Below, piece by piece: positions 10,801 to 17,688 of a stretch of DNA of 64,000 nucleotides. The first letter of the stretch is position 1; every line of letters begins with the position of its first letter. The stretch comes from an uncultured virus (IMG/VR IMGVR_UViG_3300035675_000007). Its lineage: Duplodnaviria; Heunggongvirae; Uroviricota; Caudoviricetes. A model generated the notes under the pieces. That model was not told the origin of the DNA and searched no databases. It saw only the letters and a list, made by a program, of their open reading frames with translations. The stretch lies in IMG/VR virus record IMGVR_UViG_3300035675_000007; one strand, written 5' to 3'. Made by a program: the position numbers and the translations under genes.

Positions 10801-12334
10801 CAAAGGCCTCGTTCGCCCGCATCCACTTGTCAAGCTCCGCAGACTCAATCGCCCGCGGCGTTCCTTCGGGAAGCTCCGGTCTGACCGGCCTGCTCGCCTC
10901 ATCAATACCAAGCGCTTGCTGAGCTGCTTTCCATTGCTCGGTAGCCCACGCATCGAGCCTCTTCCGATTTGCCTCGTCGTAACCGCCCTCGGGCATGGCT
11001 CCGAGTTCTTTCGGCGCCCTGATTCTTCCCTTGAAGCGCCCGAATAGGGCCGTTTCCCTTACCCAAGCCGTCTCGGGTAGCGACCTGATACGTGGCGCCC
11101 GTCCGCCCAGGATCGCGGCGATGTCAGGCGCATAGGCAGAGGTAGGCGTTCCGGAAATGTTGCCCGCATTGAAACGCGACCCCGGATCGAACGGGAACGG
11201 TTCCGTCCCCTCCCGGAAGCCAGCCCTGCCTCCGAGAACGGGCCCAGCCTCATGGGCGCGCTGGCCCTGCATCATGCGGAAGAGTTGCAACTCCCTGGGC
11301 TCAGGGCGCTCCGCCAGCCAATTCGGTTGGAGCTGCTGCTGGATCGCGAGCGCTTCGGGGGTACGGATGGTCCATGCCCGACGGTAATCCGTCGGCATGC
11401 CCCACTCCTGCTGCATGAAGGTACGCATCTCGGGCGTCATCGCCCGAGCGCCTTCTACCCATCCAGCGCGAGGGATCGTTCCAGGAGGGCCAGACGGATG
11501 CGGCGGGATACGAAGGATCTCCGGAATGTTCCGAGCCCGAGCCGTCGGCCTTCTCTGCCTGGATGTGTAGTCGATCCGATCGGCTCGTTCGACTTGTTCC
11601 CGGAGACGAGTGACCTCTTGCTTCTTCTTCTCGATCTCTTTTGCGTTGCTCTCGATGGCTTCATTGACGGTCTCAATGAGCCTGAGGACTTCAGCTTCCT
11701 GCGGGCTTACCGGTGGAGCAGAGGGAACCGGTGGGGTGATCGCAGCCGCTGCTTGCGTCCTGCCCTTCTGGGCCTTCTTACCCCCGGTGGCCTTGCCGCC
11801 GCCACCGGAGATAGCAATGGGACCGGACAGCGAAACACCGCCAGTCCCGCCGCCACCCTGCACCTGGAGCCCTTCGACCTGGAGGGTGACCTTGAAGGTA
11901 TGGCTATTCAGGGCCTCCTGGATCTTGGAGGCGAGCTTCTCTGGGTCGATCGAGAAGTCAGAGATCGACGCTTTAAGCTTCGCGTCGTCCAGCAGCCTCT
12001 GCAGATTCTCGATCGCGTTCGTGCCGAGCGTGAGCGACGTAACAGAGGCAGCCATCGCTGCCTTGTCAAGCTGTCCCTGAAGGTTCTCGGTGGCCTTGGT
12101 ATCGAGCGCAAAGCCTACGGGGAGCTGGGCGGGAGCCTTCTTCGCCGCCTCCAGCGCCATCCGCTGGAGGTTCTGTCGCTCCTTCGGGGGGATGGTTGAG
12201 TTGACCTTGAGCAGGACCTCAACCGACTTGCCGATCGAGGCCAGGCCGTTGTTGATCGCCTCTAGCTTGCTTTCAAAATCGCCTAGATCGATGGTCGCGG
12301 CGACGGCAATCTCGCCAACGACTTCTCCGGGCAT
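4805..12334 (-). CDS. Tape measure protein (atypical, 2509 aa)
   Basis: Longest ORF directly after the G/GT chaperone; TMP-like N-terminus (VGEIAVAATIDLGDF) and C-terminus (ASGA...VGEAGTETVAIL...VVINVTG); Ala/Gln-rich coiled coils in the C-terminal part; AGGAG RBS. Confidence 0.85.
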   Translation of the reverse strand: MPGEVVGEIAVAATIDLGDFESKLEAINNGLASIGKSVEVLLKVNSTIPPKERQNLQRMALEAAKKAPAQLPVGFALDTKATENLQGQLDKAAMAASVTSLTLGTNAIENLQRLLDDAKLKASISDFSIDPEKLASKIQEALNSHTFKVTLQVEGLQVQGGGGTGGVSLSGPIAISGGGGKATGGKKAQKGRTQAAAAITPPVPSAPPVSPQEAEVLRLIETVNEAIESNAKEIEKKKQEVTRLREQVERADRIDYTSRQRRPTARARNIPEILRIPPHPSGPPGTIPRAGWVEGARAMTPEMRTFMQQEWGMPTDYRRAWTIRTPEALAIQQQLQPNWLAERPEPRELQLFRMMQGQRAHEAGPVLGGRAGFREGTEPFPFDPGSRFNAGNISGTPTSAYAPDIAAILGGRAPRIRSLPETAWVRETALFGRFKGRIRAPKELGAMPEGGYDEANRKRLDAWATEQWKAAQQALGIDEASRPVRPELPEGTPRAIESAELDKWMRANEAFEARRSMYNYRVMPGRGGRSPYFEVRRRTRRDPESLAAAQREYEAKLLEPWRGAAEANPNIAPWTRINPETGEEEAFTAAEYFGPNATLEERLKFGQGAAKLERRLGQLSMDTGYRWSTDLQGRTRLTQEAKPAVWDEEYVNRMMADIAGPARGTRQPGQGKVENVRFTQARARQKLIDDRLALKKRVGPENWGRFVGRLRRKMEQVPGSRSIGETMGRIMSGEFGMEGIVYPEALQQLGITINQNEADFLTNEGLIGEWYSRWGETGPGSDRDTGPNALRPSWASSRGVKPGSSRRAFEENERRFGERVARGTVPTPRQARRVAAEKRARISGSMTPRGYESRVVKPARALVDEWGSASAVLDAIRAGKPVKATSNVKRWLRAEKGIEQAQYGAELGASRELGIGYRIQGPRELITEEGVINPFDEAAAMRQARREAFAGGTEAGIQKRRELYEGARGTASEALRERLRGLRRRAGEIEAPFKAQFQEIAEPTEEQRAAYHGFVEEEMTRQMPAEDIETLRRYAGMEAGEKAAARHRRGQRKAKGDPNRQAIERIKSTIAINNTRIRELEQRGEEARSRAEQLDATSVPMRRKWLTDQLSYFDERAKERLEERWTEKEIRDRVANEVRNDVYWARNAKKTGFNYRRRFAVKWDVKARLKELAPLVGKPKVSPEQIAAERETYLRAREAQGPAAFYAGSQYEPDIAELRAQNEELQPTLDRLQATEREQRAERVRKAMPTTLGGEVEPEKIRYERKKKGQTWAFWEGGPQMGRRVTNAEEMAVAEQYMGIKAGAATGGPGEPKPPKTGKMPGGGEGVVNVHVTNFDELNKLLTNTTQPGSLFKVMKGSGFSGHTNEPIETSVEAVMKKYGYATEEEVGAAAVSGELGKRIEADEKAKAAEEEKAKTSGAPAVAAAAPKYPKITMLPSGPITSSGVSMLPPDFKAATTARGAAETSGIDRMWRAEVRRMKAEMEPEVTQAKGEEKVRARAAKEAADEKKKADADAKKKTKAAGEPKPKPTAQEQYEEAIRKLDLETEPRQERGGPSSRAVAEAQVQEQLGKFAYARQMMPERAPGVAFAQIFARLTGVKPRMERALEARTEAYNALVTAKEQTNLEEKRLDLAVQNREAIKAQYKESSDAYKVANQEVERLTKSTEERAAAEKTATERLKETDDAFSKASGRMASFMQVGGLFVGVKAFTMFSAAIDKGMALVMDATGRAADQSLHFQATNDKVTKSLRDQVTALHGNTQAALAQQSVMAGLSDEAAKFIGANVMPSAQAMAGSRANMAASDMWRAASYASRGTGKYMGYPSNLFEGQGGILGGALLAEQMGGTPGVLQRVSDDITAFTADITNLNPAPEMEQYIANLEAQLTPTPIREGYTSEQQYQGAVRAVEAQNRPIQNEINAYRDQIAGIKVSTEVADKLSASEKVRTKYIDDLNATTRRGAYHMGMLDSATSQTAVSFKEFGTKLDDVDKDVRAAMVAAGERLGGEAPALLDKMMRAGVGVEGLTGKTPAEQARLVAELVQQFATGRTYVDEQQFINLTKQQLTAQLEGNEMMARFQRNVALPAQGALQRLMEPPVPVEAGLAPLIAEVPTGGKALTVQAARVQALQTAEQQAYGKTIAEQQQTVLNMISPADQPAARGLLDTLTSIGQEMARISAESARISANLTAAQYHNQRRIMLRDYNDALALAGRVADAEKGRLGVLNREQVLLERQNQALSLQAQQISIQLSQRQINFQVAIAGFQAPGVTAEERAARIEQAKIEAAYAQKQLDIQKEQAKIAGKQYRLGIKIFDVTVERQITDLRKGLELLDKSYVANIQIALNEKELAVLDKKRQRVANQLNSYIEQNMANQNAIVSAAITASATVMGSVNKWYVAIASNFQNMVKIYWQALTNPTGQTNEQRSNYRGIEAKASGALFNTTGAQTMTVGEAGTETVAILSNPREVMATPMGGTGTTVVINVTGNSVRDDRDIDLLVDRIERKLNLKASLLGFRRPV

Positions 12335-12350
12335 CTCTGCTCCTATGGGA

Positions 12351-12522
12351 TTAGGAGTCAGGCTCTGTGTCGTTCACCGCCTGGTGCTCTGAGTCCTTGA
12401 CCTTGAAGTAGTAGGCGACGAGATCGTGGTAGTAATCGATCGGAAAGCCGGCCATCTCGTGCGGCCAGCCCCCGAACATCCTGGCGATCTCAAACCGGAG
12501 GAGCTTCTCCGGTCTCAGTCGT
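12351..12522 (-). CDS. Tail assembly chaperone, T (-1 frameshifted) portion of gpGT
   Basis: The -1 frame is open from slippery A AAA AAC (12527-12521) to TAA at 12353-12351, encoding KRLRPEKLLRFEIARMFGGWPHEMAGFPIDYYHDLVAYY...; it fills the gap between G and the TMP. Confidence 0.8.
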
Positions 12523-12527
12523 TTTTT
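12494..12527 (-). promoter_or_regulatory. Programmed -1 ribosomal frameshift signal (A AAA AAC + 7-nt spacer + 7-bp hairpin)
   Basis: Minus strand reads GCA AAA AAC GAC TGA G ACCGGAG-AAGCTC-CTCCGGT. Confidence 0.8.
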
Positions 12528-12811
12528 GCCTCTTCCTCATCTTCGGCAGGCGAGTTCAGATCGTTGACGATCTCGGCGAACTTGAGGTAGGCGCGGTTGG
12601 GCATCTCGGCCAGGTCGTCGATGGTGATCTTCGGATCGACGATCGACTTGGCGATCATGACCCGCATCATCCGGCGTGCGTCGATGTTGCCCTTGTCATC
12701 CCGGGAGGCGTCAGCGCAGAAGTCGTTCTCGGCCACGGACAGCTCACGGAACTTGAACTTCTGGCCCTCGTATTCGATTTCCTTCTCGGCGAAGGCGAAG
12801 GTGAATGTCAC
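12515..12811 (-). CDS. Tail assembly chaperone G
   Basis: AAGGAGG RBS and GTG start at 12811; ~98 aa (FKFRELSVAE...SIVDPKIT); lies between tail tube and TMP and ends in a slippery site. Confidence 0.8.
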   Translation of the reverse strand: MTFTFAFAEKEIEYEGQKFKFRELSVAENDFCADASRDDKGNIDARRMMRVMIAKSIVDPKITIDDLAEMPNRAYLKFAEIVNDLNSPAEDEEEAKND

Positions 12812-13143
12812 AGGAGATCCTCCTTGATCGGGATGACGGCTACGCCTTGAGCCCACAGCTGGGGCTCTTCGAATCGAAGTGACTTCATCTTGCATCTGAT
12901 CTTGTCCACCTTCTTGGTGTTCCGATCGCGCTTGATGACAAGCTCAATTTCCTTCCTGAACTCGTCGGACTCGATCAACTGCTTGTTGAAGTAAGACAAA
13001 ACGGCGTGAAGAGAATACAGACCCTCATTCGGGCCGCTCTCTTCACGCCGTAGGGTCCAGGATCTGCAGATGCCCGCTACACCCCCGATAGAGGGAACGA
13101 GCACTTTGCCTTCCTGGCCCTCGAACGCACGAAATTGGAACAC
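12808..13143 (-). CDS. Hypothetical tail-region protein, possible divergent tail-tube paralogue
   Basis: AGGAGGAGG RBS, GTG start; N-terminal FEGQEGKVLV...RSWTLRR echoes the tube's LHGKDGAIYI...TEWTFQR. Confidence 0.55.
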   Translation of the reverse strand: MFQFRAFEGQEGKVLVPSIGGVAGICRSWTLRREESGPNEGLYSLHAVLSYFNKQLIESDEFRKEIELVIKRDRNTKKVDKIRCKMKSLRFEEPQLWAQGVAVIPIKEDLL

Positions 13144-13171
13144 ATCCTCCTCCTGGTGGAGTTGAGGGTAT

Positions 13172-13201
13172 GGGGAGGGGGTGGAGGGCGACCCCCTCCC
13201 C
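13172..13201 (-). terminator. GC-rich stem-loop after tail tube gene
   Basis: Perfect 11-bp inverted repeat GGGGAGGGGGT/ACCCCCTCCCC; no clear U-tract. Confidence 0.5.
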
Positions 13202-13218
13202 TGGATGTAGATGCCGAC

Positions 13219-13638
13219 TTAGAGATCGGTGATCCAGTTGCCGGCAGCGCGGAACTCGCCGGTGATCTTCACGGCGTCCGTGTTCGTGCAGTTGACCGTG
13301 GCATCGAGGAAGCCCGAGCCATGGGCAACGAGGACATCGGTCCCGCCGTTGACGTCCGTGCTGGCGTACAGGTAGATGAGCTGTGCGCCGGACGAGGCGT
13401 AGGTGAACATGAGGTCGCCCGACGTGTCGAGCAGGCCTGCGTAGGTGCCCTGGAGGTTCGGGAGACCGGCAAGGTAGGTCTTGTTCGTGTTCCCGAATGT
13501 GGTGGCATCGACATAGTCACGGTTGCGCTGGAAGGTCCATTCAGTCCGGTTTGCGACCTTCACGCCGACGCCCTTGGCGCCGCCGATATAGATCGCTCCG
13601 TCTTTGCCATGGAGCTTCGTGCCGCTGTTTGCAGCCAT
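13219..13638 (-). CDS. Major tail (tube) protein
   Basis: 139 aa; pattern HGKDG...WTF...DATTFG...KTYLAGL...G.GF...GEFRAAG typical of siphovirus tube proteins; follows the tail terminator. Confidence 0.8.
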   Translation of the reverse strand: MAANSGTKLHGKDGAIYIGGAKGVGVKVANRTEWTFQRNRDYVDATTFGNTNKTYLAGLPNLQGTYAGLLDTSGDLMFTYASSGAQLIYLYASTDVNGGTDVLVAHGSGFLDATVNCTNTDAVKITGEFRAAGNWITDL

Positions 13639-13646
13639 CTCTTCTC

Positions 13647-14078
13647 CTAACCGCCGCTAGCGAGGGACTGGGCGGTCCATATCTCGTAGGTGCCGCCCAC
13701 CTGATAGATCTTCTTCCCCTCTCCGTCCAGATCCGGTGGTATCACCACATCGGCTGTCCGGCGGCAGATTAGGGTGGACTGCCCGCTCACATTCAAGGCC
13801 GCGTTGTGCAAAGCCTGCGAGACGAGGCCGTCGATGTTCCGGGCATCGACGCTGTTCTCCGCGATTACGAACACGTCAATACCGGCGGTGAGAATGACGC
13901 CCGTCCAGTCGTAGAACATGGGGGCGTATGCCACCTGGTAGATGACGAATGGCCGAGTAGCCCCTCGCGGAGCCATGCCCTCCCAGAAGCCGCTGACGGC
14001 TGCCTTCAAGGGAGTCGAACCCCGAAGTGTCTGGACAAGAGCCTGGATGATGGGGCCAGTGCCTGTCGGGGCGGTCAT
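13647..14078 (-). CDS. Tail terminator / tail completion protein (DUF3168-like)
   Basis: 143 aa; IQALVQTL...APRGATRPFVIY...IDVF; gene order. Confidence 0.7.
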   Translation of the reverse strand: MTAPTGTGPIIQALVQTLRGSTPLKAAVSGFWEGMAPRGATRPFVIYQVAYAPMFYDWTGVILTAGIDVFVIAENSVDARNIDGLVSQALHNAALNVSGQSTLICRRTADVVIPPDLDGEGKKIYQVGGTYEIWTAQSLASGG

Positions 14079-15073
14079 TTGCCCTTACCCCTCTTCCCCC
14101 TTGTTCCGCTATATGCGAATCCGAACTGCCCCCGCACATCGCTGGCGAATGATGCAGCCAGGAGCTTCTTGTTCTGCCAGAGAGCTGGCCTCATGAAGGG
14201 CTGGGCAGCTCCGTGCTTATGCGTTCCGAATTCGACGTAGCGGGCATAGCGGATATTGGCTGTGACAGAACCGGTGACGGTATTTCCAACCACCTTGGTA
14301 TCGTCTGGGGCGATGCTTCTCTTGAGCCTTCCCCCAAGCTGGGGCATAGCCGATACGCCAGCCACGAGGGCGCTCATGCTTCCCGGCTTCGTCCCCGGCT
14401 TCGTATTGTTCTTCTCTCCTGCGGCAAACACATCCACGCCATGAGTAAGATCGGCCTTACCGCGTGCCGTGAGCTGTTCCCAGGCGTCGAACTGGAGGTA
14501 ACTTCCACTCCGTCGCTCTTCATAGGCCTCGCGCTCAGGACCCCTCGTTACGCCCCTTGTGACACCCCCGCCAAGCTCCAGCAGCGGGCCGACGGCGTTC
14601 TTCCCGGCGAGAGACCAACCTGAACGACGGGTATCGATGGCCTTCGTCTCGGTCGGGCGGAAGGCCCTGATCTGAACTTTGCTGGCACTCCCGGCCGTCA
14701 CGACGCGGAACCTGGGTCTGGCGGGGATCTTGCGAGCGGGTCGGCCTTCACGCTTGGCCGTCACTGCCTCACGGAGCTGGTGATATCGCTGGCTCCGTGA
14801 TCTGTACAGCACGTCTCCGCCGCCACCAAAGTATTCGGAGTAGGCCTTGCTGACATCCTTTACTGAGCCGGCATGCTCGAAGACGGTGACCCAGCGCTCC
14901 CTGCGTCGCCCCTGGTGGAAGCTCTTCCTGATCGGCGCCCGGTTCTTGGCATCAGCCGCGACCTTGTTCAACCATGTCCTCATGGCTGAATCGGCTGCAT
15001 CCTGCATCATCTTGTAGATGCCGCTCTCGTCGATCGGCGTTATCTGGACGACGAACTTGGCAGCGGTAGTCAT
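14075..15073 (-). CDS. HK97 gp10-like neck/tail-completion protein with a large insertion
   Basis: AKNRAP at the N-terminus and GRLKRSI...YARYVEFGT...AQPFMRPAL at the C-terminus; ATGA overlap with the upstream stop supports a start at 15073. Confidence 0.75.
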   Translation of the reverse strand: MTTAAKFVVQITPIDESGIYKMMQDAADSAMRTWLNKVAADAKNRAPIRKSFHQGRRRERWVTVFEHAGSVKDVSKAYSEYFGGGGDVLYRSRSQRYHQLREAVTAKREGRPARKIPARPRFRVVTAGSASKVQIRAFRPTETKAIDTRRSGWSLAGKNAVGPLLELGGGVTRGVTRGPEREAYEERRSGSYLQFDAWEQLTARGKADLTHGVDVFAAGEKNNTKPGTKPGSMSALVAGVSAMPQLGGRLKRSIAPDDTKVVGNTVTGSVTANIRYARYVEFGTHKHGAAQPFMRPALWQNKKLLAASFASDVRGQFGFAYSGTRGKRGKGK

Positions 15074-15441
15074 TCGAGCCTCCGCAGGCTGCACCGCAGC
15101 AGCGGAAGCCAGGTTGACTCGTCGATCGTGTCAATGACGAGGAAGAAATTGCCAGAGATCTTGAGCTTGTCGCCTGGCGAGACCGCAGACCCGACGGGGA
15201 TGAAGAGCCGGTAGAGGTTCAGCGTCCCGATCACTCCACCCTCGACGGAGGCGGAACTGGTCGGGGTGCTGTAGATCCAGCCCTTGATCGTCTCGCGGTA
15301 GGTCCAGGTCTCGACATCGTCCTCGTAGGCGTTGTCGGCTGACCCCCGCCGCCAGATCTGGACGTCGGTGTTGAAGGCAGACTCCGCCACCTTCCGCATC
15401 GCGGTCAGCTGTTTCTGGGAGATCAGCGAATGCGTGCTCAT
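15070..15441 (-). CDS. Head closure / head-tail adaptor (SPP1 gp16-like)
   Basis: 123 aa beta-rich (VQIWR...DNAY...LFIPVGSAVSPGDKL); gene order. Confidence 0.65.
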   Translation of the reverse strand: MSTHSLISQKQLTAMRKVAESAFNTDVQIWRRGSADNAYEDDVETWTYRETIKGWIYSTPTSSASVEGGVIGTLNLYRLFIPVGSAVSPGDKLKISGNFFLVIDTIDESTWLPLLRCSLRRLE

Positions 15442-16325
15442 CTCGGTGTGTTGAATCTGTACGGTTCGAGCAGGATCAGCGCCGTGGCAGGGATCTTGTC
15501 CCTGATCTCGTCACGGACGTTGCCTCCCTCGAACGACCGGCGGAGCGTGACCTCAGCGATCTGGATCGCAGCCAATCCGCGCATGCCCTTGGCGGTCAGG
15601 TCCCGCTGGGCGAACAGCTCGGCGGCGATATCTCCTGTCGCCTGGGAGATCGCGCGTGGGAGCTTGTAGGTGTAGTTGACCTTCACGTCTCCGACCGGGT
15701 GGTCGTCGAAGACGATGACGCCATCGATATAGTCGATCGTGAACCCGGAGGTGACAGCGGTCCCGCCCACCTCGACGGTGATGTTCCCGCCCGACGAGAT
15801 GTACGGGTTCTGCGTCCGGTAGGTGAACCCGTCCGTCGCGTAGACGGTCTCGTACTCCGTCTCCTCCCAGCCGTAGTCGTAGGTGATCTCCGCCACCGGC
15901 TGGTAGAGGCCGAGGTTCGGCACCACACCGATTGGCAGGACGCCATAGGCGACGGCCGCAAGCGAGACGACCTCGACGTAACCCTCGCTGTTGTTGATGT
16001 AGAGGTCGTTGACGCCGATGGTGGCCTCGACCTGGTTGGTGACCTTGATCTTGAAGCTGCTGACTTCCTTGATCGGTCGAGCGTACGTATACAGACGACG
16101 CGCGCCGCGCGTGATCTCCGTGCCAAGCCGCCAGCGATGCTGCTCCCGCGTCATCGTTCCGCCGAAGAAGGCATAGGGCTGGGGGACCTGGGGGACGGAG
16201 CAGTAGGCATCGACGATGGCAGCGGCCCGGTTGAGAACCGTCGCGATCTCGACGTCATCAACGCCGTCGAGATCCACGTCGAAGCCCATCGTCTTGAAGC
16301 GCTCGACGCTCAGGTAGGTCGTCAT
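15438..16325 (-). CDS. Head-tail connector protein (gp15/gp6-like, extended)
   Basis: YLSVERFK...LNRAAAIVDAYC...ITYDYGW...LPRAISQAT...LLEPYR; directly after the MCP. Confidence 0.7.
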   Translation of the reverse strand: MTTYLSVERFKTMGFDVDLDGVDDVEIATVLNRAAAIVDAYCSVPQVPQPYAFFGGTMTREQHRWRLGTEITRGARRLYTYARPIKEVSSFKIKVTNQVEATIGVNDLYINNSEGYVEVVSLAAVAYGVLPIGVVPNLGLYQPVAEITYDYGWEETEYETVYATDGFTYRTQNPYISSGGNITVEVGGTAVTSGFTIDYIDGVIVFDDHPVGDVKVNYTYKLPRAISQATGDIAAELFAQRDLTAKGMRGLAAIQIAEVTLRRSFEGGNVRDEIRDKIPATALILLEPYRFNTPR

Positions 16326-16343
16326 CTTCGCTCCAGGGGCAGG

Positions 16344-16376
16344 GGTGGGGCTGAAGGGCTGGACTCCAGCCCCACC
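16344..16376 (-). terminator. Stem-loop after major capsid gene
   Basis: 10-bp inverted repeat GGTGGGGCTG/CAGCCCCACC, about 20 nt after the MCP stop. Confidence 0.5.
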
Positions 16377-16395
16377 TGATGGGCTTACGCCCTGC

Positions 16396-17682
16396 TTACG
16401 ACTGGCGAATCCGAACCTTGTTGCTCCACGGCAGCGCCTTCACCGCCAGGCCCCACATCCCGAAGATGATGTAGAGCTTGGTCAGCTGACCGCTGATGCC
16501 CGTGGGGATCTCCAGGATCGTCGGTCCCTCGGAGCCGAGGTACGGCATCGAGATCGTCGATTCGTCGAGGAGGTAGGCGTCGGCACAGTTGGCCGCGCCC
16601 CAGTCCGAATACTGGTAGGTGCCGATCGAGTCGCCCGGCACCACGGCGAGCGGCAGCGGGCCGAACACGGTGTTGACCGCGTTCGTCAGCACGCCGGGGG
16701 CGACGTTGACGAACGAGTTCATGTACCGGACGTTCGCGTCCTGCTGCAGATCGAAGGTGGTCTTGTCGGTCGCCCGGAGGTAGATCACCGAGACCGTGCC
16801 GCCCGCGTCCATCACTTCGACAGCGGCGCGATCGAACGCGGTCCGCATGTCTTCCGCTGTGCCCGCGAACGGGTTGACGTTCTTGGCGATCGACTGGGCG
16901 AGGGTGTAGCGCAAGCCGGTGAACGCGTTGGCGTCGTACTCACCATACTGGTAGTCGTCCGTGCCGCTGGCGACCGAGGCATTGCCCTGGAAGATGGTCT
17001 TCTGCATCTTGTGGGCGATGGCGCGGAGGCCACCCTGAAGCTCGGTCTGCTCCGGGTTGTAGCCCATGCCGCCGGCCTGCACCGCGAACTGGCTCTTGAG
17101 GCTGATGCCCCGGCGAGTCGCGATAACGGCCACGTTCGTGGTCTGGCGAACGTAGGTCGACACATCGTCGGTGACGGTCCCCAGCTCTGTCATGAACTGG
17201 GCATCACCGTATGCGGTGACCTGATTGTATGCATGGACCAACCCGTTTGCCGGTTCTTTCGAGAAGCGATCCCAGGCCGGGAACGTCTTCACGAAGAGGG
17301 CGTACAAAAGCGGCTCCAGGTCCTGCCTGATGAGGGCCGCGGCACCGGTCGTGTCGAGGGCCTTGATCAGGGCGGGGTTCGCCTGGAGGGCGGTCTGGAT
17401 CGGCTGCCCGCCGGCAGAGGCCCAGACGTCGAACGGGATGCCAGCGTCGCTTCTGGCAGCCTGCTTGTTGAACATCCAGTGAAGGGTCGAAAGATCCTTC
17501 TGGGCCAGCTCCTGGCGGAGCTGGAACATGTCGGCGGCTGAAAGGTATTTGCTTGTGGTCACATCCGTGCCGGACTCGATCCCCTGGACGGCCGTGCTGG
17601 GCACGTCGTTCTGGGCGTCGAGCCGATTCTGGATGGCCTCAAGCTGCTCCGACAAGCGGAGCAGGGTCTCATCGAGTGCCAT
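16396..17682 (-). CDS. Major capsid protein (HK97 fold)
   Basis: 428 aa after the protease; AALIRQDLEP...IFQGNA...FTGLR...YIIFGMWGLAV pattern; strong GC3 codon bias. Confidence 0.85.
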   Translation of the reverse strand: MALDETLLRLSEQLEAIQNRLDAQNDVPSTAVQGIESGTDVTTSKYLSAADMFQLRQELAQKDLSTLHWMFNKQAARSDAGIPFDVWASAGGQPIQTALQANPALIKALDTTGAAALIRQDLEPLLYALFVKTFPAWDRFSKEPANGLVHAYNQVTAYGDAQFMTELGTVTDDVSTYVRQTTNVAVIATRRGISLKSQFAVQAGGMGYNPEQTELQGGLRAIAHKMQKTIFQGNASVASGTDDYQYGEYDANAFTGLRYTLAQSIAKNVNPFAGTAEDMRTAFDRAAVEVMDAGGTVSVIYLRATDKTTFDLQQDANVRYMNSFVNVAPGVLTNAVNTVFGPLPLAVVPGDSIGTYQYSDWGAANCADAYLLDESTISMPYLGSEGPTILEIPTGISGQLTKLYIIFGMWGLAVKALPWSNKVRIRQS

Positions 17683-17688
17683 CTTTGG

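Noticed and set aside
14330..14930. Intein or homing endonuclease in the gp10-like gene
   Set aside because: No Cys/Ser...His-Asn splice junctions and no LAGLIDADG or HNH motif.
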